Shown here: one piece after another, positions 37,370-49,805 of the stretch | How the letters are laid out: each line of letters starts with the position of its first letter | Numbering within the stretch: position 1 is the first letter of the stretch | NCBI GenBank assembly: GCA_030390025.1 | Contig: CM059425.1 | Location: 165,170,001 to 165,234,000, forward strand | DNA from: Squalus acanthias | Lineage: Eukaryota | Direction: 5' to 3' | DNA length: 64,000 nt | Notes under the pieces: model-generated | The model's input: only the letters and a program-made list of their open reading frames with translations | What the model was told of the DNA's origin: nothing | Databases searched by the model: none | Program-made: the position numbers and the translations under genes

Positions 37370-37986
37370 CACTCGTGCTGCCAATTAATTAAAATTATTG
37401 ATGCGTGCAGCCCAGCGAAGAGAGTGCTGCTGAGTGGCTGAGCGCTCAGCAGGGAGCCCAAGTTCATGTGAGACTATCTCTATTTAAAGCTAGCCTACAC
37501 TTTTAAATGCAGTCTGCACTTTTTAAAGGGGAGGTGCTATGTCCGACAGGTTCAGGGAGGCCTACCTGTGGCCGGGGCAGTGCAAATTAAAGGGGAGGTG
37601 CCAGGTGGCCATTTTTGTTACTGGCCACCTGCCAGCACCTGCCCCCATTGCTGTCCCCGGCCTCCTGTGAAGCCCTCCCCCCCGCAGGGTGCCAGCTGCG
37701 CTCTTTTACCAGCACTCCGATCCCTGGTGGCCCAGCTGGGCCCCGAGTCGCGCTGCGTAAGGCCCCTCCCCTTTAATAAGGGAAGGAAGGCCTGCAGTAC
37801 CACGGTGCGATGTGCTACAGAGCATGGCGCTGCGGCATGTAGTGCCGCGATATTCACTCACAGTGCCCCAAGAGGGAGGCGGGGGTGCTACCAGTGAATT
37901 TCAGGCGCGGGGGCATTAATTTCTTCAGGAAGTAACGCCCCAGAAAAGTTAGCGCCCCAAAGGGGGCGCGACCCAATTTTGCCCCC
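37370..37986. mobile_element. Chimeric Harbinger-MITE fragment
   Basis: 37370-37538 resembles the reverse complement of 4940-5110. 37536-37986 resembles 14160-14657 and ends AATTTTGCCCCC. Confidence 0.65.
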
Positions 37987-38309
37987 AATGTGTTTTCATT
38001 GTTGATAAGATATTGAGATCTTTAAAATACTGGGAGACAGGAAAGTATAAATGTATTTGACTATCCTGGCCATTTATTTTAAAGTTTTCTATTCCCACAC
38101 TAATGTTGAAACAAACACTAATATTACAGTAATAAAACTTTACAAATGCCAGAAATAATCAGGATTACTGTAATTAATCCTGTATAATTATAAAGTGCAC
38201 TTAAAATGCAAGTTTAACATTTTAAAAATCACTTTACCTCTGCTCATCTCATTAAAGAAATAAATTGCATTTATATAGCACCTTTCATGACCTCAAGCCA
38301 TCCCAAAGC

Positions 38310-40603
38310 TAAGTCCGAAACTAGAGTCTTAAACTTAAATAAAGGCAATTACATAGGTATGAGGGGTGAGTTGGCTAAGGTAGATTGGAAAAATAGATTA
38401 AAAAGTACGGCGGTAGATAAGCAGTGGCTAGCATTTAAAGAAATATTTCATAATTCTCAACAAAAATACATTCCATTGAGAAACCAACTCCACGGGAAAA
38501 GTGATCCAACCGTGGCTAACTAAAGAAGTTAAGGATAGCATTAGACTGAAAGAAGAAGCTTATAATGTTGCAAAGAATAATAGTAAGCCTGAGAATTGGG
38601 AGAGTTTCAGGAACCACCAAAGGTTGACCAAAAAATTGATAAAAAGGGAAAAAATAGAATATGAGAGAAAACTAGCAAGAAATATAAAAGCAGATTGTAA
38701 GAGCTTCTACAAGTATGTAAAACGGAAGAGAGTAGCAAAAGTAAATGTTGGTCCCTTAGAGGCTGAGACAGGAGAAATTATTATGGGGAATAAGGAAATG
38801 ACAGAAACGTTAAACAAATATTTTGTAATAACAACAGAAAAAGCTGGAAAAACTCAGCAGGCCAGGCAGCATCCGTAGAGAGAGAAAGAGAGTTGACGTT
38901 TCAGGTCGATGACCTTTCATCAGAATATTTTGTATCTGTCTTCACAGTAGAAGACACAAAAAGCATACCAAAAATGGTGGGGAACCAAGGGTCTAATGAG
39001 GGTGAGGAACTTAACATAATTAATATAAGTAGAGAAAAAGTACTAGAGAAACTAATGGGACTAAAAGTCGACAAATCCCCTGGACCTGACGGCCTACATC
39101 CTAGAGTTCTAAAAGAGGTGGCTGAAGAGATAGTGGATGCATCGGTTTTGATCTTCCAAAATTCCCTAGATTCTAGAATGGTCCCAGCGGATTGCAAGGT
39201 CGCAAATGTAACACCGCTATTCAAGAAAGGAAGGAAAGAAAAAACATGGAACTATAGACCAGTTAGCCTGACATCAGTCATCGGGAAAATGCTGGAATCC
39301 ATTGTTAAGGACACTTTTATGAAAGGGAAATCGTGTTTGACAAATTTATTAGAATTTTTTGAGGATGTAACTAGCAGGGTAGATAAAGGGGAACCAGTGG
39401 ATTTAGTATATTTGGATTTCCAAAAGGCATTCGATAAGGTGCCACATTAAAGGTTATTACACAAGATAAGGGCTCATGGGGTTGGGGGTAATATAGTAGC
39501 ATGGATAGAGGATTGGTTAAAGGACAGAAAACAGAGAGTAGGGATAAGCGGATCTTTTTCAGGTTGGCAGGCTGTAACTAGTGGGGTGCCACAAAGATCA
39601 GTGTTGGGGCCTCAGTTATTTACAATCTATATTAATGACCTAATGAAAGGACCGAGTGTAATGTATCCAAGTTTGCTGATGATACAAAGCTAGGTGGGAC
39701 AGTAAGCTGTGAGGAAATGAAAAACAGTCTGCAAAGGGATATAGATAGACTAAGTGAGTGGGCAGTAAGGTGGCAGATGGGGTATAATGTAGGGAAATGT
39801 GAGGTTATTCACTTTGGTAGGAAGAATAGAAAAACAGAATATTTTTAAATGGTGAGAAACTTTCAAATGTTGGTGTTGAGAGAGATTTGGGTGTCCTCGT
39901 GCAAGAAACACAGAAAGCTAGCATGCAGGTAAAGCAAGCAATAAGGAAGGCAAATGGCATGTTGGCCTTTATTGCAAGGGGGTTGGAGTATAAGAGTAAG
40001 GAAGTCTTGCTACAATTGTACAGGGCCTTGGTGAAACCACACCTGGAGTACTGTACACAATTCTGGTCTCCTTATCTAAGGAAGGATATACTTGCCTTGG
40101 AGGTGGTGCAACGAAGGTTCACTGGATTGATTCCTGGGATGAGAGGGCTGTCCTATGATGAGAGATTGTGTAGAATGGGCCTATACTCTCTGGAGTTTAG
40201 AATAATGAGAGGTGATCTCATTGAAACATAAGAGATTCTGAAGGGGATTGACAGGGTAGCTGCTGAGAGGTTGTTTCCCCTGGCTGGAATGTCTAGAACT
40301 AGGGGGCATAGTCTCAGGATAAGGGGTTGGCCATTTAAGACGGAGATGAGGAGGAATTTCTTCACTCAGAGGGTTGTGAATCTTTGGAATTCTCTGCCCC
40401 AGAGGGCTGTGGATGCTGAGTCTTTGAGTATATTCAAGGCTGAGATAGATAGATTTTTGGACTCATGGGGAATCAAGGGATATGGAGATCAGGTGGAAAA
40501 GTGGAGTTGAGCTCGATGATCAGCCATGATCTTATTGAATGGCGGAGCAGGCTCGTGGGGCCGTATTACCTACTCCTGCTCTTATTTCTTATGTTCTTAT
40601 GTT
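38310..40603 (+). mobile_element. CR1 LINE, 5'-truncated, disrupted ORF2
   Basis: RT motifs across ORFs 38501-40510, TSD CAAAGC and a (TTCTTATG)n tail. Confidence 0.92.
38828..38923 (-). mobile_element. 96-bp hammerhead-bearing Penelope-derived insert
   Basis: 11-bp TSD AATATTTTGTA (38817-27 and 38924-34); minus strand begins CTGATGAAAGGTCATCGACCTGAAACGTC. Confidence 0.85.
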
Positions 40604-41926
40604 CAAAGCGCTTAACAGCCAATTAAGTACTTTTTGAAGTGTAGTCACTGTTGTTATGTTGGAGACGCAGCAGCCAATTGCGGACAGCAAGCTCCCACAA
40701 ACAACAATGAAATTAATGATCAGATAGACTGTTTAAGTGATATTGATTGAGGGATAAATATTGTCCAGGACACCGGTGAGAACTCCTCTGCTCTTCTTCG
40801 AAATAGTGCCATGGGATCTTTTACATCCACCTGAGAGGACAGACGGGGGTTTGGTTTAACGTCTCATCTGAACGACGTCACTCAGCCTAGATTATGTGCT
40901 CAAGTCCTGGAGTGGGACTTGATCTGACTCAGAGAAGAGAGTGCTACCACGGAGCAAAGCCAGACACCTTTCCCCATTTTCTTTATTTTAATTTTACTTT
41001 AATTTAACTTTACTTTTACTTTTTTTAATAACTTATATAATCTAATCAATTTTTAATGGAAGAAAACGACTTTAAAACACTTTATTTACCTTTCTCTCTG
41101 AACTTTTCAGGACCCATTCTCCATTTTGGCGGTGAAAGCTGAATCCGGAAATATTGGCAATTGAGACTTGCAATAATGTCAAAGCCCTAACCAGATCAAT
41201 ATTTTATATTTTCACATCAAATAGAGGCTTACTTTCACTGTCACTGTAATCCACCTTCCTTATTTCCTAGAAGAAACACTCCAGGCTGGTTTCCTACATC
41301 ATATAATAGAATCAGATGTTTTTGCATGAAAGCCAAGAGATTTATTGTCATGATAAAGGACCTATTTTTCCATTTATCATATAATACATGTTAAACAAGA
41401 CCAGTATGTGTTTATACCTTTAGTAATAAGCCATAGCAATTTAAACAAAAAATATTGGCCACTTTTTACTTTATAGTTTCTTGTAAGAAGTTTACACTGT
41501 GGGGGGAGGTTATAGCAAAATTGTAAATATGAGAACAAAGAGCATATTTACAATCTATAAAGGGTGATTTCATGATCCAGTGCTGTCAGCAGGGAGCACA
41601 TTTTGGAGAATTGTGGGTGCATAATCTCTGTTTTAGGTTAATTAATTCCAATAGGCAGCAAACCACAGGTTGTCTTCGAGCAATTTCTTGAGATGCGTTC
41701 CCTGCAACTCTGCTTCCCGATGGATCATGGAATCACCCCAGTAGTGCAATGGAAATCTCACACCTACATTGTATTTTTTACTTCATTGCTCCTGTCCGTT
41801 GCCCTTGTAACAGTAGGCAGCGTAATGGGGTGGGGGGAAAGGATTCTTCAGATATCCTTAGTAGCAAAGAAAATAGTCTATTCCCTTCACTAGCATTGAG
41901 ATTGCAAAGACACCATTGCACACCTT

Positions 41927-44405
41927 GAGCTGAATCTTAACTCCCAAAAAACGGGTGGGTTGGAGTCTTGTCAGAGGTTAAAATGCAAAATATCTGAAAC
42001 AGGAACCCAAGCTGCCTCGAACCCACCCACTTCCAGTTTTAACGGAGGCAGGACGAGAGGCAGACGACCAATCGCTCACAGGAAGCGGGTTGGTCATTTA
42101 AATATTATAATGAAGCTGCCTGTCTTCATTTTAACAGTCATTCTATTTTTAACTCACGTCGGCTGGGTTTCGCAGGCCTCGGAAACCCGGCAGCTGAAAG
42201 CAGACAAGAAGGGCTGAATCCATGAGGCAAGTGCCTTTACAGCACTGCTTGTGGGCAAGTGGGAGCAGGAGTGTTTCCTCTGGGCCCAGAAATACGAGAA
42301 AACCAAGGGTGTGGTGAGAATGAGGAACTTAAAGAAATTACTATTAGTAAAAAAACAGTATTAGCAAAATTAATGGGACTAAAAGTCGATAAATCCCAAG
42401 GACCGGATGACCTACATCCTAGGGTTTTGAAAGAGGTGGCCATTGGGATAGTGGACGCATTGGTTGTCATCTTCCAAAATTCTATAGATTCTGGAACAGT
42501 TCCTGCAGATTGGAGGATAGCAAATGTAACCCCGCTATTTAAGAAAGGAGGGAGAGAGAAAACGGGGAACTACAGACCGGTTAGCCTCACATCAGTAGTT
42601 GGGAAAATGCTGGAATCTATTATAAAGGATGCAATAACTGGGCACTTAGAAACTAATAGTAAGATTGGGCAGAGTCAACATGGATTTATGAAAGGGAAAT
42701 CCTGTTTAACAAACCGATTGGAGTTCTTTGAGGATGTAACTAGTGGAGTAGACAAAGGGGAACTGGTAGATGTGGTGTATTTGGATTTTCAGAAGGCCTT
42801 CGATAAGGTCCCACACAAGAGGTTGGTGAACAAAGTTAGAGCACATGGAATTGGGGGTAATATACTAGCATGGATTGAGAATTGGTTAACAGACAGAAAA
42901 CAAAGAGTAGGGATAAACGGGTCTTTTTCAGGATGGCAGGCTGTGACTAATAGGGTACTGCAAGGATCGGTGCTTGGGCTCCAGCTATTCACAATCTATA
43001 TCAATGATTTGGATGAGGGTACTAAATGTAACATTTCCAAATTTGCTGATGATACAAAGCTAGGTGGCAGTGTCAGTTGTGAAGAGGATGTGAAGAGGCT
43101 TTAAGGGGATCTCGACAGGCTCAGTGAGTGGGCGAGAACATGGCAGATGGAATATTATGTGGATAAATGTGAAGTTATCCACTTTGGTAGAAAAAACAGA
43201 AAGGCAGAGTATTTCCTAAATGGTGAAAGATTGGGGAATGCAGATGCTCAAAGGGTCCTGGGTGTCCTTGTGCATGAGTCACTGAAAGTGAATGTGCAGG
43301 TGCAGCAAGCCATTAGGAAGGTAAATGGTATGCTGGCCTTCATTACAAGAGGATTTGAGTACAGGAGTAAAGAAGTCTTATTCCAATTATATAGGGCCTT
43401 GGTGAGACCACACCTGGAGTACTGTGTACAATTTTGGTCTCCTTACCTAAGGAAGGATATACTTGCCATAGAGGGAGTGCAACAATGGTTCACGAGATTG
43501 ATTCCTGGGATAGCGGGACTGTTGTATGAGAAGAGATTGAGTAAACTAGGCCTGTATTCTCTTGAATTCAGAAGAATGAGAGGGGATCTCATTGAAGCAT
43601 ACAAAATTATTACAGGGGTTGATAGGGTGGATGCTGGGAGAATGTTTCCCTTGGCTGGAGAGTCTAGAACCAGGGGCCACAGCCTCAGGATAAAGGGTAG
43701 GCCATTCAGGACTGAGATGAGAAGAAATTTCTTCACACAGAGGGTGGTGAATCTTTGGAATTCTCCACCCCAGAGGGCGGTGGAGGCTCAGTTATTGGGT
43801 ATATTCAAAACAGAAGTCAATAGATTTCTGACTAGTAAGGGCATCAAGGGATATGGTGATAGGGCCAGTGAATGGAGTTGAGGCAGAAGATCAGCCATGA
43901 TCTCATTGAATGGCGGAGCAGGCTCGAAGGGCGAATGGCCTACTCCTGCTCCTATTTCTTATGTTCTTATGTTCTAACAAGCCACCCAGTAAACCCTCCC
44001 CAACCCCCGCAATCTGTTTGCTCCCCCCCCCCACCACCCCCGACCACTATCTGCTCCCCTCCCCAGAACACCATTGGACTCCCCCACCCCCCACTCACTA
44101 TCTGTCTGCTGCCCCCCCCCACCATCGGACCCCCTGGGATCAGAACCCCCACCCCACCCGATCTCTCACACTTCCCCAATACACCTACCTGATCTCCTGG
44201 GCCACAGCATTGTACTGCAGGCTTCCCACCCGACAGGCCTCCAGCCTGTCAATCAGGCTGCCTGTGGGCGGGAACCCATCAGAAAAAAATTTAAAGGTGC
44301 CCTGCAGTTAAAACCTGCAGGACATTCGAGAAACCCGTTCTTCCAGGTTTCCCGAGCTCAACAGCCCCGCTGCATGGAACTCGCCTCCAGGCTAAAATCC
44401 AGGCC
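41927..44405. mobile_element. Harbinger-type MITE split by CR1
   Basis: Ends GAGCTGAATCTT / AAAATCCAGGCC with a candidate CTT TSD; halves 41927-42288 and 43976-44405. Confidence 0.6.
42289..43975 (+). mobile_element. CR1 LINE, 5'-truncated; RT in a single frame with one stop (43102-04)
   Basis: ORFs 42259-43104 and 43147-43881 are in the same frame; FADD motif; CR1 tail. Confidence 0.93.
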
Positions 44406-44466
44406 CTTGTTTCTGCAAGATGCATGAGCAACAAAGGGAAAGTAAGCAATGGACAAGTGTCAGCTA

Positions 44467-44628
44467 CAATGTTCCCGCTAAGCTGCACGGCCACGCAGCT
44501 CTCTGCCGATCCCACGCAGCTCAGGACCAGCTTTGCCATGTTAAATTTCGCGCAGGCGCAAACCTGTGAATGGGCCGTGCAGCCCCTTAAAGGGGCTGCG
44601 CACCCAAAAGAAATTAGGGGGAACATTG
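44467..44628. mobile_element. hAT-type MITE (162 bp)
   Basis: 15-bp TIR CAATGTTCCCSCTAA and perfect 8-bp TSD GTCAGCTA. Confidence 0.92.
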
Positions 44629-45573
44629 GTCAGCTATCTGTTATACTGAGCTTACTGATGCAGAGTAGTAGTTCAATAAGAACACCAAATTATCCTGGTT
44701 AATTGTACCACTATCAAGGGAGATAACAAATGAGAGGTCTGCATATACATGCTGTAACTTATGCATGCGCTTGAATTTTATGCCATTTCTGCTTTTATGA
44801 GTTATAATTAGTTAACATAATTTTATTCCAAATAATGAAGGTTTGGATATTTCAATACTAAACATTTGAAGTTTGGCTGCCTTGCTTGTAAAATGTAAAT
44901 ATGCAAAAACAGTAATGTTTATTTATGAATATAAATCTTTGCAATTTGTGATCTCATGTCTTTAGTTACCAAAACCTAAAGAAGATATAGTCGTCGTGCT
45001 CGTCTTTCAAAAGAATTTTAACAACATTGCAGCGTGGCGATTGTTTAAATAAATGTTTGTACCATATAGGTTTTGTATTAATAACATTCATACTGTAGCC
45101 AGCACAAAGAAAGCGATTGAAGACCACCACTTGCAGCTGGCCTCACTTAGGTTGCTATAACTGAGGTTAGATTGCATAGCTGCATTGTACTGGACTTTTG
45201 TTGTTAGTAAGATACACATCTTGATGTAGAAGTGGACCTAAAAGTGTAATGTGTTGTCAGCAAGAGACATAAGTTGGGCAGGATCCCAGAGAAAAAAATT
45301 CTCAGACATGGAAGGCAGGGGGATCTTAGAAATATGGAGTGAATGGCAGTGTATCAGAGGAATGCAATGGGAATAGCTTGGATTCATAGATCAAGTGAAA
45401 AGGGATATTGATTTGACTTGAATGGGGATGACAAATTACATAAAATTTTCATGATTTCAAAATTCTGGAAACACCATCAGTGCCTCTTAGGAAGAAATGG
45501 TAATTCCACTCACCTCTTCCAAGTAAAGCATTGCCTTTTTAAGGTAATACTACATGATTAAATATAACTTAAT

Positions 45574-46308
45574 GGGCCAGAAATTCGGCTTTCTGGCTTC
45601 CTGCGGGCGCAAGCATCGCGCGCGTACTTGCCTACCACACCTGCAGTTGTGCTTTGGGCCCACGAGGACTTCGGGTCCTGGGCCTCCTGCAGCTGCCGGC
45701 GCGCAGTGCTTGCGTATCCCAGGGGCGCAGTTAGTTCGAAGCGCCCCCATGGATCACGTGGGCCATGGAGAGCCAATCTTAGCAGGGCATTTTCATTCAT
45801 AGATTTGACAGGAAGACCAAATCCACACTTAAACTTCAAATAAATTTTTTTTTAAAAATCACATTTTTAAAATAACTATAAGTTACATAAATTAACTACT
45901 TTAAACAAAAATGTAAATTTTTCAAAAAATTAATCATACTTTTTAACGGTGCTAAAAATAAACTTACCTTTCTTTAAAGTATCTAAAAAAAATAAACCTG
46001 TTGAAAAAATGTTTAAATTGTAATTAATTAACCACTTACCTTGTTAAAAACAGGCCTTGCGCCTCCTTTTTAAAAGTGCAGCTTCTCCATACTTACCCTC
46101 CCGGAGAAACCTGAAAAAAACCCGAAGTTCACTGCATGCGCGCAGCCTCTCCCGTGCACACGTTCGACTTCTGAACCCCTCCCTTCAGAGGAACGGAAGT
46201 TCCGGTTTCCCGCGCATGCGCAGTGCATGCAGGAAACCGACACTTCAGGTGGCCTTACGGGTGAGCACACAGCGCGTACTCACCTGACAAGAGCTGAATT
46301 TCTGGCCC
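45574..46308. mobile_element. Harbinger/Tourist-type MITE (735 bp)
   Basis: 17-bp TIR GGGCCAGAAATTCRGCT, AAT TSD and an AT-rich core. Confidence 0.9.
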
Positions 46309-46346
46309 AATATATATAACTAGCAGATCTCCTGTGGTGTTAGTCA

Positions 46347-47172
46347 GGGCTGGATTTTGTCAATGGGGGCGATTTGGGGGCGGGACTGCTGGTTTTCAGG
46401 TTTCAGTCCCGCCCCCAGTGACGTCTGATCAACCCACGCTATTTTCCCTTGATTGACCTTGTTAAGCCCGCCCTACCGGCCAATTAAGGGAAAGCTGGTG
46501 ACAGATGACGTCAGCGTATGACGCTTCATCTGTCGAAAAATTTTTGACAGATAAATTGTCAGCGTTTGACAGCTTTGAGAAGCTGTCAAACACTGACAAT
46601 CTCTGTTCTAAGGTAAGTCCTTGCACAGAAGGCTCACCAAGACCTCTCTCCTCAGCAGAAAGCAGATGGCTGCTGCATCTGAGAATGCAGCAGCCATTCT
46701 GTCATCTCTGCTGTTGAGATGAGACACCTCCAGATCCTCAAAGGTTGAAGCCTGCAGGAAGAAGCAAAGGTAAGGAAAGTTTTTCCAACACTTTACACTC
46801 ACCTCTCATACTTAACTGTCCACACTTGCACCCAGCACTTACCTCTACAGCTGACATTTTGACCCCTCTCACCCCCGCAAACCCACTGCTCACCTCGCTG
46901 ATCCTGGCCATCGGGAAGCCCGCAATTGCAGGCGTAAAATGGGGAAAAGCCTCAAAACTGACTGTTAACTACCTGTTAACAGGCAGTTAATTGGCTCTAA
47001 TCCCCTTCCCGCCTCGAGGAGATGGGTCCCTGCGCAACTCAGGGACCCACCTCCTGGGCAGATGGCACGGAGGTGGGTTGGAAGCGGGGTCGGTACCCGC
47101 TCCCAGTTTCTGCCATTTTCCTGGCAGTCCCGCCTCCATACCCACCTCCCCGGGGCTGGGAAAATTCCCCCC
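46347..47172. mobile_element. Harbinger-type MITE (826 bp)
   Basis: Ends GGGCTGGATTTT / AAAATTCCCCCC with TCA TSD; left arm resembles 60589-60840. Confidence 0.8.
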
Positions 47173-47721
47173 TCAGGATGAGTTGCAGAATATGCAATTA
47201 AATAAGAATACAGGTGTTACCAACAAAGCATGAAACAAAAGTTTAACGGGAAGTAATTGTAACACTTTTACAGGAGTGCGTGCTAGGCACGAGACTTTTA
47301 ATGCATTAGTAATAGATCTTCCTTACCATTACTCACGTGTGTCGGATGATATACTGATGTATAACAATAGGAATGTTATAACAAAAGCAAAATACTGCGG
47401 ATGCTTGAAATCTAAAATAAAAACAGAAAATGCTGGAAATACTCAGCAGGTCAGGCAGCATCTGTGGCAAGAGAAACAGAGTTAATGGCCCGGATTTTAA
47501 TGTTCAGCTGTGCTGGCAGTTTTTTGGGGGGAGGGGGCTGGTGGGGGAGGTGGGGCCCGAGAACGTGTGGGAAGCCCGGAGGTATATGAAGTATGTCTGT
47601 CAGTGACTTTTTAACACAGCCACTGCATTAACATATAATTTCCGGGTTTCCCGACCAATTAGTGTCAGCGGGCGTGATGACGACCTGCATGACGCGATTT
47701 CAACTCCAGTATTTAAATGTG

Positions 47722-49805
47722 ATGGGCATTTCTGCCACTACCACCCTTTCAGGCAGTGAGTTCCAGACCCCCACCACCCTCTGGGTGAAAAAAGTTCTCC
47801 TCAACTCCCCTCTAACCCTCCTACCAATTACTTTAAATCTATGAAAGAAAAAGAAAGAAAGGTGACAAATTACATAACATTTTCATGGTTTCAAAATTCT
47901 GGAAACACCATCAGTTGCCTCTTAGGAGGAAGTGGTAATTCCACTCACCTCTTCCAAGTAAAGCACCTTTCACAGCCACCGAACGTCCCAAAGCGCTTTA
48001 CAGCCAATTAAGTACTTTTTTGAAGTGTAGTTAGTCACTGTTGTAATGTAGGAAACGCGGCAGCCAATTTGCGCACAGCAAACTCCCACAAACAGCAATG
48101 TGATAATGACCAGATAATCTGTTTTAGTGATGTTGATTGAGGGATAAATATTGGCTAGGACACTGGGGATAACTCCCCTGCTCTTCTTTGAAATAGTGCC
48201 ATAGGATCTTTTATGTCCTCCTGAGAGAGCAGACAGGGCCTAGGTTTAACGTCTCATCTGAAAGACGGCAATGCCCCCTGGTTAATGACCTCTCTGTTAG
48301 GGGAAATAGGTCCTTCCTATCCACTCTGTCTAGGCCCCTCAATCAAGTCTCCCCTCAGCCTCCTCTGTTCCAAAGAAAACAACCCCAGCCTATCTAATCT
48401 TTCCTCATAGCTAAAATTCTCCAGTCCTGGCAACATCCTCGTAAATCTCCTCTGTACCCTCTCTAGTGCAATCACATCTTTCCTGTAATGTGGTGACCAG
48501 AACTGTACGCAGTACTCTAGCTCTGGCCTAACTAGTGTTTTATACAGTTTTACCATAACCTCCCTGCTCTCGTATTCTATGCCTCGGCTAATAAAGGAAA
48601 GTATCCCGTATGCCTTCTTAACCACCTTATCTACCTGTCCTGCTACCTTCAGGGATCTGTGGGCATGCACTCCAAGGTCCCTCTGTTCCTCTACACTTCT
48701 CAGTATCCTACCATTTATTGTGTATTCCCTTGTCTTGTTAGCCCTCCCCAAATGCATTACCTCACACCTCTCTGGATCGAATTCCATTTGCCACTTTTCT
48801 GCCCACCTGACCAGTCCATTGATATCTTCCTGCAGTCTACAGCTTTCTTCCTCACTATCAACCACACGGCCAATTTTCGTATCATCTGCAAGCTTCTTAA
48901 TTATGCCCCCTATATTGAAGTTTAAATTGTTGATTTATACCACAAACAGCAAGGAACCTGGTACTGAGCCCTGTGGAACCCCACTGGAAACAGCTTTCCA
49001 GTCACAAAAACATCCGTCGACCATTACCCTTTGCTTCCTGCCACTGAGCCAATTTTGGTTCCAACTTGCCATTTTCCCATGGGCTTTTACTTTTCTGATC
49101 AGTCTGCCATGTGGGACCTTGTCAAAGGCCTTGCTAAAATCCATGTCGACTACATCAAACGCACTACCCTCATCAACCCTCCTTGTTACCTCCTCAAAAA
49201 ATTCAATCAAGTTAGTCAGACACAACCTTTCCTTCACAAATCCATGCTGACTGTTCTTGATTAATCTGTGCTTTTCTAAATGATGATTTATACTGTCCCT
49301 CAGAATTTTTTCCAACAATTTGCCCATCACCGAGGTTAGGATGACTGGCCCTATGAAAGGTCTATCCCTTTCTCCCTTTTTAAACAACGGTACAACATTA
49401 GCCGTCCTCCGGCACCACACCTGTAGACAGAGAGGATTGAAAAATGATGGTCGGAGCCTCTGCAATTCCTCCCTTACTTCTCTTAACAGCCTGGGATACA
49501 TTTCAACCAGGCCTGGCGATTTATCTACTTTTAAAGATGCTAAACCCCTTAATGCTTCCTCTCTCACTATCTCATCCAAAATTTCACACTCCTCCTCCTT
49601 AACTACAATGTCTACATCGTCCCTCTCTTTTGTGAAGACAGATGCAAAGTATTCATTAAGAACCATACCCACGTCTTCCTCCTCCACACACAAGCTTCCT
49701 TTTTGGTCTCTAATAGGCCCTACTCTTTCTTTAGTTATCCTCTTGCTCTTTATGTATTTATAAAAACTTTGGGTTTTCCTTGATTTTACTTGCCAATATT
49801 TTCTA
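47722..49805 (-). mobile_element. CR1 LINE interrupted by a Deu-SINE (47844-48270)
   Basis: RT fragments 48317-49693; the CR1 sequence resumes across the SINE at ATG/ATG. Confidence 0.88.

Larger units (their letters stand above)
38250..40970 (-). mobile_element. Deu-domain SINE split by CR1
   Basis: Tail at 38250-38309 and body at 40604-40970; CAAAGC is duplicated at both junctions. Confidence 0.75.

Noticed and set aside
43872..44311. Pro-rich ORFs
   Set aside because: Low-complexity C-rich MITE interior plus CR1 tail.
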